A stretch of DNA of 12,827 bases from Actinomycetota bacterium (lineage in GTDB: Bacteria > Actinomycetota > Actinomycetes > Actinomycetales > Kineosporiaceae): positions 1 to 12,827 of the forward strand of contig JAUPKJ010000022.1 of assembly GCA_030837505.1 (NCBI GenBank), read 5' to 3'. The notes below the pieces were generated by a model. That model saw only the letters and a list, made by a program, of their open reading frames with translations. It was not told where the DNA came from and ran no database searches. Shown one piece after another: positions 1-7,135 of the stretch (within the stretch, counting starts at the first letter, position 1; each line of letters opens with the position of its first letter). Made by a program: the position numbers and the translations under genes.

Positions 1-80
1 GAAGACCCCACGGGAAGTACTGATGGGAATCCTTGAAGGGGACCCCGTGGACCTGATCGCTTGAAACCGCCCCTGCAACC

Positions 81-452
81 GTGGGTCGACCACAGCGGTT
101 CGGGGCTCGTCAGCTTGAGATGTTCGCGCCGATGTCGACTGACTTCTTGAACTACGTTCGGACCGTGTCGGTGGTCCGGGACGGGGACCGCTGGCGCTTC
201 GACGCGAATGGTACGGTCCAAGATTTTGAGGATGTCGGGGCGTACAAGCGACGCTCGGTCGCTGCGCGGTTCACCGGCTCGATGCTAGTCGAGTATGCCG
301 CCGCTTTGGGCTTGCAACCGTTCGAAGGGGAGTTCTTTCCCGGGCCGAGTGTGCTGGTTCGCAATCCAGCCGTCCCTCCACCAGGTGCGCTCGTGTGCAG
401 CCTTCAGGACGCGCAGCAGCAAGCAGGAATCGTCAGGCAAGGAAGCGGGTGA
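81..452 (+). CDS. Hypothetical protein (123 aa; alternative ATG start at 120). No recognisable domain.
   Basis: Intact ORF with mixed amino-acid composition, not the Arg/Pro/Gly-rich junk seen in other frames. No motif recognised. It lies left of the orphan tRNA fragment, so it may belong to an integrated element. Confidence 0.3.
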   Translation: MGRPQRFGARQLEMFAPMSTDFLNYVRTVSVVRDGDRWRFDANGTVQDFEDVGAYKRRSVAARFTGSMLVEYAAALGLQPFEGEFFPGPSVLVRNPAVPPPGALVCSLQDAQQQAGIVRQGSG

Positions 453-636
453 CCGCGGTGGTGCTTCCTCGGCCTCGGCGGGCGCACTTTCCTGGCGTCC
501 GGCAGCGACGATCAGTCGGCATCTCCAGAGACGGAGGAAAATGCTCCAGTCGTCGTCGGGGAAGTGGGTCTGTCGGCAACGGGCAACTGGCCGAACGGTG
601 TGAAGTCTCGCGACATCGTGGACATTCCGGCAGGTT

Positions 637-661
637 ACTGGTTCGAGTCCAGTCGCGGGAG
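637..661 (+). other. Orphan tRNA 3'-end fragment (T-arm plus 3' acceptor strand plus discriminator); candidate attachment-site remnant.
   Basis: actgg-TTCGAGT-ccagt at 637-653 is a perfect 5-bp T-stem around the GGTTCGAGTCC T-loop consensus. It is followed by a 7-nt acceptor 3' strand cgcggga plus g at 654-661. No complementary 5' acceptor strand (tcccgcg) and no D or anticodon arms could be folded upstream, so only the 3' part of a tRNA is present. Confidence 0.4.
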
Positions 662-678
662 CTTGACCTGTGGGTTTG

Positions 679-720
679 CCCGAGCGAACAGCTCGGGCCC
701 CCACTTTACCCCCACTTTTC
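679..720 (+). terminator. Hairpin plus T-containing tail immediately 3' of the tRNA fragment, with a tandem direct repeat cccccacttt x2.
   Basis: cccgagc (679-685), loop gaaca, gctcggg (691-697) form a 7-bp perfect stem. This is followed by cccccacttt (698-707), a, cccccacttt (709-718). The position 18 nt after the tRNA-like 3' end is typical of a tRNA terminator. Confidence 0.3.
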
Positions 721-1102
721 ACGTGATCTTGTGGAGAGTGGATCATCTCTTTCCGGCTCCGTCCGCCAGTCTCCGCCGTCCCTCGCCAGGGCCCTCCCTG
801 GGGGTTCGGGCATCGGGGAGCGGGTGGGCTGATGTGATGTGAATCACTTGGTGATGGTTCGCTGGGGCAGCGATAAGCGACGGTGCGCGGGTGCTGCTAC
901 TCGGTGCCGACGGTGGTCCGAATAACCCCCGTCTGTGCGGGGAGCATGCGGGCGACGGCCGTGCTGAGCGCGGTGTCGCTGAAGGTCGCCGATCTGTTGT
1001 TGCAGATCTTGCCCATGCTGGCGTGAGGGCGAGCTAGGGTACCCGGAGTGGTTGATCAAATGCGATCCGTGGAGGGTGCTCGGCTGCGAGGGGAGGTGTC
1101 CG

Positions 1103-1448
1103 GTGCTGTCCTCGCCTGCCCGGTCGGTGTGGGCCAAGACGTCGGACGACGACCAGACGCGTGAGTACCGGTGGTTGCCGCTCTGGCGGCACCTCGGGGA
1201 TTCGGGGGCGATGGCCGGATGGTTGTGGGATGCGTGGCTCACGCCGCGGTTGCGTCGGATGTGTGCGGAAGCGTTCGGTGGGGAGCAGGTGGCGCGCTCC
1301 CGTGGACGCGAGCACCACCTGGACGGTCGGCACTCAGACTGGGACCAACAGCCTATCCCGCCAAGGCCCATTGATCCGCTGTATGTCACGACACGCCAGA
1401 CTTGCCCGCCTATCGGCCTACTGCCGGACTTTCTAGGGCGAGAGGGAC
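1103..1448 (+). pseudogene. Degraded N-terminal fragment of a Cas3-like HD-domain protein (possible type I-E cas3 remnant), truncated by IS insertion.
   Basis: GTG at 1103 is preceded by the SD-like ggagg (1092-1096). The translation VLSSPARSVWAKTSDDDQTREYRWLPLWRHLGDSGAMAGWLWDAWLTPRLRRMCAEAFGGEQ matches my memory of actinobacterial Cas3 N-termini (WAKS...PL..HL.DSAAVAG.LWD.WLP). The expected downstream HD..GK motif is absent, so the frame has decayed after about aa 60. The IS inverted repeat begins at 1452. Confidence 0.4.
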
Positions 1449-1450
1449 TA

Positions 1451-1476
1451 AGGGCGCATAAAACAATAACTATTTG
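1451..1476 (+). repeat. IS left terminal inverted repeat
   Basis: agggcgcataaaacaataactatttg pairs with the reverse complement of 2798-2828. Confidence 0.7.
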
Positions 1477-2827
1477 ATTACTTCACCGTTTCGGTGGCTG
1501 TTGACTGCGGAGCGCCCGGTTGGTCCTGGGGTTGCTCGGCGTGTCGATGTGGTTCCTTGTCGCGCTGATGGCAGTCTGTACTGATGGTCGAGTATGCCCT
1601 ATCTGAGGCCGCGTTGTCGGAGTTCTTCAGCGTGGTACTTCCAATCTTGGATGAGCGGCAGAGGAGGTTGGTTGCGGGGGCGGCTTCGAGGATGTTCGGG
1701 CATGGGGGGATCGGTGCGGTTGCGGGGGCGTCTGGGTTGGATCGGACGACGGTGTCGCGGGGTGCGAAGCAGGTGGTGTCGGGTGTGGAAGGTACGACGC
1801 GAGTTCGGGCACGGGGTGCTGGACGTAAGTCTTTGACCGAATCTCAGCCGGGAATCGAGGGCGCGCTGGACAGTCTGGTGGATCCGGTGACGCGGGGGGA
1901 TCCGATGTCCCCGTTGCGTTGGACGACGAAGTCGGTTCAGAAGTTGGCGGTGGCGCTGAGGGCTCTAGGTTTTCAGATCAGTGGTATGACGGTGTACAAC
2001 ATGCTGCGAGGAATGGGCTTCAGTATGCAGGGGACCGTCAAGACGCTGGAGGGTTCGGATCATCCAGATCGGGATGATCAGTTTCGGTACATCGCCGGTC
2101 TCGTAACGCGGTTCCAGACTGGGGGACAGCCTGTGACCAGCTGCGATGCGAAGAAGAAAGAGCTGGTCGGGCAGTATGCCAACGCTGGGCAGGAGTGGCA
2201 GCCGAAAGGTCAACCGATCCCGGTGAAGGATCATGATTTCCCTGATCCGGATATGCCGAAAGCGGTGCCCTATGGGGTCTACGACATCACGGAGAACCAG
2301 GGGTGGGTTTCTGTCGGGATAAGCGCTGACACTGCCGAGTTCGCCGTGAACAGTATTCGAAACTGGTGGCACAGAATGGGTCGTGCCGCATACCCGCAGG
2401 CCCGGGAACTATTGATCACCGTGGATGCTGGAGGGTCGAACGGGCATCGTAACCGTCTGTGGAAGAAGCTCATCACCGAGTTCGCTCTGGAGGAAGGGCT
2501 CAAGATCACGGTATGCCACTTTCCTCCGGGAACCTCCAAGTGGAACAAGATTGAGCATCGAATGTTCAGCCAGATCACCATGAACTGGCGAGGGCGCCCG
2601 TTGGAGAGTTATGAGACGATCGTCAGCCTTATCGGATCGACGACGACGTCGAAAGGCTTGAAGGTGGGATCGGCCTTGGATGAATCGGTCTATCAGAAGG
2701 GGATCAAGGTCAGCGATCAGGAACTGGCGGACTTGCCTATCCACCCTCATTTGTACCACGGCGACTGGAACTACACTGTTGGCCACTCCGAAGATCTCAA
2801 ATAATGTAGTTATTCATTTATGCGCCC
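1452..2827 (+). mobile_element. Complete ISAzo13-family insertion sequence (about 1.38 kb) with terminal inverted repeats and a candidate 3-bp TAA target duplication.
   Basis: Left end agggcgcataaaacaataacta (1451-1472) matches the reverse complement of the right end tagttattcatttatgcgccct (2807-2828) at 20 of 22 positions. TAA occurs on both flanks (1449-1451 and 2828-2830). A single transposase ORF lies inside. Boundaries are plus or minus 2 nt. Confidence 0.8.
1584..2804 (+). CDS. ISAzo13-family DDE transposase (406 aa)
   Basis: N-terminal LDERQRRLVAGAASRMFGHGGIGAVAGASGLDRTTVSRG and C-terminal HFPPGTSKWNKIEHRMFSQIT are the hallmark motifs of ISAzo13 (DDE_Tnp_ISAZ013) transposases as I remember them. 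The ORF is intact, sits between the inverted repeats, and the in-frame upstream stop at 1566 fixes the ATG at 1584. Confidence 0.9.
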   Translation: MVEYALSEAALSEFFSVVLPILDERQRRLVAGAASRMFGHGGIGAVAGASGLDRTTVSRGAKQVVSGVEGTTRVRARGAGRKSLTESQPGIEGALDSLVDPVTRGDPMSPLRWTTKSVQKLAVALRALGFQISGMTVYNMLRGMGFSMQGTVKTLEGSDHPDRDDQFRYIAGLVTRFQTGGQPVTSCDAKKKELVGQYANAGQEWQPKGQPIPVKDHDFPDPDMPKAVPYGVYDITENQGWVSVGISADTAEFAVNSIRNWWHRMGRAAYPQARELLITVDAGGSNGHRNRLWKKLITEFALEEGLKITVCHFPPGTSKWNKIEHRMFSQITMNWRGRPLESYETIVSLIGSTTTSKGLKVGSALDESVYQKGIKVSDQELADLPIHPHLYHGDWNYTVGHSEDLK

Positions 2828-2828
2828 T
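2798..2828 (+). repeat. IS right terminal inverted repeat
   Basis: caaataatgtagttattcatttatgcgccct; its reverse complement agggcgcataaatgaataactacattatttg aligns to the left end. Confidence 0.7.
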
Positions 2829-3257
2829 AACCAGTAGAGTCCACCGACCACGTCAACCACGGCTTCCGGGCAACACTGCAGGTCAGGGGGTTGGTCCCCA
2901 CCGGTTGGTGGGGGTACCCCACAATCATCGTTCGCGAGATCTTCTCCCAGCATTCTCCCCGACACGGCAACTCACCCTGGGCCGCCCTCATCGACCGTCA
3001 CCATCAGGCGAACATGGTCGGCGTCGTGGAATCTGGTGGCCGCTCGGGTGTTCGGCTGATTGCTGAGCCGACGCCGTCAAGCCGAGCCCGCTCGTGACAT
3101 TCTGATCTTGATGAGCCGACGGTCGGGCAGTTGGATGAGGCGCAGCGGTTGGCGATGGCCGGGCCGAGGCAGAGATCGCGCATCTTGTAGGTGATCGGGT
3201 GGGTCGCCACCTCAGATCACTTGATGCGCCCAGATCACGAGAATCGAGGTCACGAGG

Positions 3258-4808
3258 GTGTCCGGGCCTGCAGAACGCCGGCGGGCAATGCCAGCAGGCG
3301 GCAGTACCACGGTGTTTCTCTCACACTCGCAGAGCGATCAGGCATGGGCATCGTGGCTGGCGGATCGACTCGAAGACGGGGGACTCAACGTCTTTGCGGC
3401 GGGACGGGACGCCGAACCCGGCGACGTCCTGGTGCAGCAAATCGAGGCCATGCTGGGGCAAGCCGCCACAGGTCTACTGCTGATCGGTGTCGGCGAGCGT
3501 CTGACACCCGCACAGTGCGACGAGTACGCAGCCTTGCTGCTGGGGGCCCAGCACCGCGGGCTACGTCTCATCCCGGTCCTGCACGGTCAAGCCTCGATCG
3601 ACGTCAACCAACTCGCCGCAGGCACCGTCCCGATCGATCTTCGGTCGCTTGACGTGGATGCCCTTGGCGCCAGGGTCCGGCAGCTCGCGACAGTCATCCG
3701 CACTGGACAGGGTCCAACGGGCGGACTCCAGGAAACGCTCGACGTCGTACGCGCCTTGGATGACAACGCTCCGGCCTCACCGCCCGAACCGAACTTCGTC
3801 GTCACCTACGCCAGATCGGGGGCGTCACTCGAGTACGGACGGGAGCTGACAAAGCACCTGTCTGCGTGTGGGCTACCCGCCTGGTCCATCGCGGACCTGG
3901 TTTGGGGCGACCGGTGGATCCAAGAGATCCGCGACCGGATCAAGGTGGCGTTGGGACTCCTCGTCGTGATGTCGCCACAAGCGGAACAGGCCGACAGCAT
4001 CGCGCGGGAGATCCTGGAGGGCCAGCGGCACGGCAAACCAATCTTCCCCGTCCTGGTCGAGGGGCAGCCGTTGTTCCTGCTCGCCAGCAGTTGGTTTTAC
4101 GACGCCCGGGACGGTCGGTTGCCTGGCTCCGACGAACTGGAGCACCTACGTACGATCCGGGATCGACTCACCGGTGAACGGGCCAGGACGGCGACGCCAA
4201 ACCAGATCCGAGGGATCTCACCCACGACGTCGTCGTGGGTTGGCCCCGGGAATCTCGCCGGAGTCGAGCCGCCCCAGCCTCAGCCTGCCCGCCAGCACTC
4301 CGGGTTCCCGGTCACGGACCGACCACGGCAAGTTGCGGAACTGCTCGGCGACGGCGAACTCGAACTAGCCGACCTGATGACGACGTCCGTCCTGCTGGCG
4401 GCCTGTGGGCGGTCCGACCAGGGCTGGCTGCGTGGCGGGGACGGCTCCCGCTTGGAGCGTGGCATGCTTACTGACCTCGACCGGCTTTGGACACAGGCCA
4501 CACATGGACGCCACGGGCTCAGCCGCCAACAGGCCCTGTTCCGGCAGATCGGCGCCGATGGGCGCGATTTCCCGGCAGCCGCCCACGCCGTCGGATGGCG
4601 TATCGACCGGCCTCGAACCGCCGCCGGCCCGATCTCCCCCGTGCCGCGCTACCCCGAATTGGTGGCCCCGCCGGTCCCGGACGGCTTCTTCCCCACGTTG
4701 CGTAACCCCCAACTCGAGGACCGGCCGGGCTGGTACGACCGCTGGCGCCACACCGTCGTCACCGTCCACACCCGGTACCGAGAATGGAGCGCCTCATGGA
4801 ATGGATGA
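3258..4808 (+). CDS. Tandem TIR-domain protein (two TIR_2-like domains) with an uncharacterised C-terminal domain of about 180 aa. Alternative ATG start at 3288.
   Basis: TIR 1 at about aa 15-140: TVFLSHSQSDQAWASWLADRLEDGGLNVF...LLLIGVGERLTPAQCDEYAALL...GLRLIPVL. TIR 2 at about aa 178-300: NFVVTYARSGASLEYGRELTKHLSACGLPAWSIADLVWGDRW...LLVVMSPQAEQADSIAREILEGQRHGKPIFPVLVEG. Both follow the bacterial TIR pattern (F/V-hydrophobic-S-H/Y-S/A..D..W...L, then VLS/SP.A..S, then G.P.IPVL). The C-terminal ELELADLMTTSVLLAACGRSDQGWL... region is not recognised. GTG at 3258 has SD-like gagg 9 nt upstream. Confidence 0.8.
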   Translation: MSGPAERRRAMPAGGSTTVFLSHSQSDQAWASWLADRLEDGGLNVFAAGRDAEPGDVLVQQIEAMLGQAATGLLLIGVGERLTPAQCDEYAALLLGAQHRGLRLIPVLHGQASIDVNQLAAGTVPIDLRSLDVDALGARVRQLATVIRTGQGPTGGLQETLDVVRALDDNAPASPPEPNFVVTYARSGASLEYGRELTKHLSACGLPAWSIADLVWGDRWIQEIRDRIKVALGLLVVMSPQAEQADSIAREILEGQRHGKPIFPVLVEGQPLFLLASSWFYDARDGRLPGSDELEHLRTIRDRLTGERARTATPNQIRGISPTTSSWVGPGNLAGVEPPQPQPARQHSGFPVTDRPRQVAELLGDGELELADLMTTSVLLAACGRSDQGWLRGGDGSRLERGMLTDLDRLWTQATHGRHGLSRQQALFRQIGADGRDFPAAAHAVGWRIDRPRTAAGPISPVPRYPELVAPPVPDGFFPTLRNPQLEDRPGWYDRWRHTVVTVHTRYREWSASWNG

Positions 4809-6424
4809 AATGGGTCGTCGGAGCCCTCCTGGCCGTCATCGTCGTGGCAGTCGCCGTAGTAACCCCGAGGCTGTTTCGTTCCGGGCTGGTCGTCGTGACT
4901 GCCGGGCGGGTAGGGGTGATCCGTAAGCGGTGGGGGCGTCAGCACCCCGACGATGACGGGCTCGACGTCAAGATCGCGGGTTCGCCGGGGCCGCAGGCCA
5001 GGATCCTGCGCCCGAACTCCCGGACTTGGCTGCCCCCGGTCCTGTACTCGGTCGAGCAGGTCGAGCAGGTGTTCGTGCCACCCGGAACCATCGGACTGGT
5101 GGAGGCCAAGGCAGGCCGTATCCGCCCACCCAGCCGGAGCGTGGGCCGGTACGTCGAGTGCAACTACTTCCAGGACGGCGCGACATTCCTGCGAGCAGGC
5201 GGTGAGCAGGGCCCCCAACTGGGTGTCCTGCCAGGAGGATCGCGCTACAGCATCAATCCGACCCTTTTCGACGTGGTCACTGTGGACACCATCCGGCCAG
5301 GACGTCCTGACGGGTTGACCGCAGCGTCCCTGCAGGTGATCGAGGTGAAGGAAGGAACCGCCGGCGTGGTGATCGTGCAGCAGGGCAGCAGCCCACCGGA
5401 GGGAGAACACGGTGTCGCACCGATCATCCCCGGCCACGACCACTTCCAGCTCCCCTGGGTCTTCCTGGCCCAAGGCGGCAGACGGGGAGTGCAGCAGGAG
5501 ACGCTGGGATCCGGCGGCCGGTACGCCATCAACCCCTGGTTCGTCCGGGTGGTTCTGGTACCGACCCGGATGGTCCAGCTGAACTGGACCCGCAGGGAAT
5601 CCAAGTCCCCCTCGAACCTGGACTCGGCCCTCGACCAGATCCAGGTGGACATCGAGGGCTACGTCCTGAACCTTGAACTGTCGCAGGTGCTGCACATTCC
5701 GCCGGACGCAGCCCCGAGACTGGTCCGCCAATTCGGGGAGACGGAGACACCGGACCACGAAGGCCAGGCCACGGGGGTCACGACGGCGCCCGTGCAACGG
5801 TTCGTCCGCGACGTGCTCAGCCCCGTGGTGGCCGGATACTTCACTGAGATCGTGGCCAAGTACAAGGTCCGCGAGTTCATCGAGGAATACGACGAGGTCA
5901 AACTGCAACTGCAAGATCTGGTCACCACCAGCCTCGCCCAGTGGGGAGTCATCGCCGGGGAGACCAGCCTGGGCGACTTCACCCCGGCAAACGACGACCC
6001 GGCGTTCTACGAGCTACGCCGTGAGGTGGCCAGGAGCCGCCAACAAGGCGAGCTCCTCCAACAGGAACGACAGAACGCCACCGTCCGCAAGGAGATCGAA
6101 CTCATCGCGATCGCCCTCAAGACGGCACGGAAGACCGGCGAGCTCAAGGCCCTCATCGACATCCTCGGACCGGACCAAGTCTCCGCCGAACGGCTCAGCG
6201 AGATCCTGGCTAAAGCACAGGTCCCGACGACCATGGTCGGAACAAACGCCGCCGACCAACTACTGCCCTCACAGGTGATCCTCAACCTCCTGCAATCGAT
6301 GACTTCCGCCACTACTCCTGCCCCACCCGCAGCTATCGACGATGAGGAGACCCGCGTCATCGTGCTCCCCTCAGAAGAGATCCCCGAAGACGGACAGCGG
6401 CGACGTCCCCCTCCTCCGCGCTGA
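4805..6424 (+). CDS. Flotillin/SPFH (Band 7) family membrane protein with N-terminal TM helix, internally duplicated N-terminal module and C-terminal coiled-coil region. In-frame alternative starts at 4784 and 4796.
   Basis: N-terminal hydrophobic helix WVVGALLAVIVVAVAVV is followed by VVTAGRVGVI, matching the flotillin start (compare FloT/YqiK TAGPDEALIVTG). SLAQWGVIAGETSLGDFTPANDDPAFYELRREVARSRQQGELLQQERQNATVRKE aligns with the FloT segment [49 protein letters not shown]. The ATG at 4805 overlaps the upstream TGA (ATGA, 4805-4808), indicating translational coupling. Confidence 0.75.
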   Translation: MKWVVGALLAVIVVAVAVVTPRLFRSGLVVVTAGRVGVIRKRWGRQHPDDDGLDVKIAGSPGPQARILRPNSRTWLPPVLYSVEQVEQVFVPPGTIGLVEAKAGRIRPPSRSVGRYVECNYFQDGATFLRAGGEQGPQLGVLPGGSRYSINPTLFDVVTVDTIRPGRPDGLTAASLQVIEVKEGTAGVVIVQQGSSPPEGEHGVAPIIPGHDHFQLPWVFLAQGGRRGVQQETLGSGGRYAINPWFVRVVLVPTRMVQLNWTRRESKSPSNLDSALDQIQVDIEGYVLNLELSQVLHIPPDAAPRLVRQFGETETPDHEGQATGVTTAPVQRFVRDVLSPVVAGYFTEIVAKYKVREFIEEYDEVKLQLQDLVTTSLAQWGVIAGETSLGDFTPANDDPAFYELRREVARSRQQGELLQQERQNATVRKEIELIAIALKTARKTGELKALIDILGPDQVSAERLSEILAKAQVPTTMVGTNAADQLLPSQVILNLLQSMTSATTPAPPAAIDDEETRVIVLPSEEIPEDGQRRRPPPPR

Positions 6425-6440
6425 CGACGTGGAGGTCGCT

Positions 6441-7052
6441 GTGGATGCCCAGTTGGTTATTGGCGTGGTTACTGCGCTGGTCGCGGTGCCCGGGGTCTAC
6501 TTCGCCTACCTCACCGTGCCCGCCGGGCGGCTTCCCCGAAGGCCACGGTGGCGGATCCGAGCCTGGCGCCACCGCCGTGTTGCCACCGCCCCGGCGACAC
6601 CGACGCTGCCCGAGGGTAACCACGAGGTCTTCATCTCCCACACCGCATCAGACGCACCGATCGCGGAGCGACTGGCCAGCGGCCTGCAGTCATCGGGCCT
6701 GCGAGTCTTCCTCGCCCAGTGGGTCACCCCCGGCCTGGTCACGTCGCTGGAGGCGGACCAGGCCCTGCGGACCATCAGCCACGGCATCCTGCTCTTCAGC
6801 GAATCAACCCAGCAGGATCCGCGTGTCATGGACGACTACGCCGCCGCGCTCCAACGGGTCCACACCGCCGGCCAACGACTCGTCCCCGTGCTCGTAGGGC
6901 ACATCCACGAACAGAACCTGCCGCCACTCATCCGCATTCGACAGCCGCTCGACCTGCGGGACGCAACCAGCGCCAAGATCGACTGCGGCGCGAGGCAGTT
7001 GGCAAGCCTGATCCGCCGTGACCTGTCGCAACGGCCGTTCCGACACAGCTGA
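6441..7052 (+). CDS. Membrane-anchored TIR-domain protein: one N-terminal TM helix, an Arg-rich juxtamembrane stretch, then a C-terminal TIR domain. The ORF finder extends it to 6342, but the SD supports GTG 6441.
   Basis: TM helix LVIGVVTALVAVPGVYFAYLTV, then RLPRRPRWRIRAWRHRR. TIR domain: EVFISHTASDAPIAERLASGLQSSGLRVFLAQW...ILLFSESTQQDPRVMDDYAAAL...GQRLVPVLVG. SD ggagg at 6431-6435 lies 5 nt before GTG 6441. The gene begins 17 nt after the flotillin stop (6422-6424). Confidence 0.75.
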   Translation: MDAQLVIGVVTALVAVPGVYFAYLTVPAGRLPRRPRWRIRAWRHRRVATAPATPTLPEGNHEVFISHTASDAPIAERLASGLQSSGLRVFLAQWVTPGLVTSLEADQALRTISHGILLFSESTQQDPRVMDDYAAALQRVHTAGQRLVPVLVGHIHEQNLPPLIRIRQPLDLRDATSAKIDCGARQLASLIRRDLSQRPFRHS

Positions 7053-7135
7053 CCATCATCACTGGGTACCCGAACGCCCTCCCCCGACTCCAGACCCGAT
7101 GAGGCCTGCGCTGGCCTTGACCGATGATCTCCTGA

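Noticed and set aside
285-320. Similarity between SMLVEYAAALGL in ORF 81..452 and the transposase N-terminus MVEYALSEAAL (shared tcgagtatgcc 11-mer)
   Set aside because: Too short to indicate a second IS copy. The flanking sequence does not continue the match, so it is probably coincidence.
560-664. Attempt to fold a complete tRNA (or tmRNA 3' domain) around the T-arm at 637-653
   Set aside because: No 5' acceptor strand complementary to cgcggga, and no D-arm or anticodon arm with a U33-type loop could be found upstream. Only a 3' fragment is defensible.
395-1100. Overlapping ORFs 295..603, 395..832, 564..842, 844..1389(-), 1034..1333(-) and a 39-aa minus-strand ORF ending near 890
   Set aside because: Mutually overlapping, Arg/Ser/Pro-rich and without motifs. 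The region is better explained as non-coding, carrying the tRNA fragment and hairpin. No CRISPR-type regularly spaced repeats were seen here either.
2886-2914. Hairpin ccccacc-ggtt-ggtgggg just downstream of the IS right end
   Set aside because: Perfect 7-bp GC stem but no T-tract and no clear associated gene end. It could be an IS-adjacent structure or chance. Not called as a terminator.
3004-3210. 68-aa minus-strand ORF (ITYKMRDLCLGPAIANRCASS...) between the IS and the TIR operon
   Set aside because: Vaguely reminiscent of a transposase terminus, but I cannot place it in any family. No start context. Left uncalled.
2831-3257. Promoter elements for the TIR operon
   Set aside because: No convincing -35/-10 hexamer pair could be picked out by eye in this GC-rich spacer. 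Transcription may come from IS read-through. Not annotated.
4649-5914. 421-aa minus-strand ORF
   Set aside because: Antisense to the flotillin gene with no recognisable motifs. High GC simply keeps the frame open.
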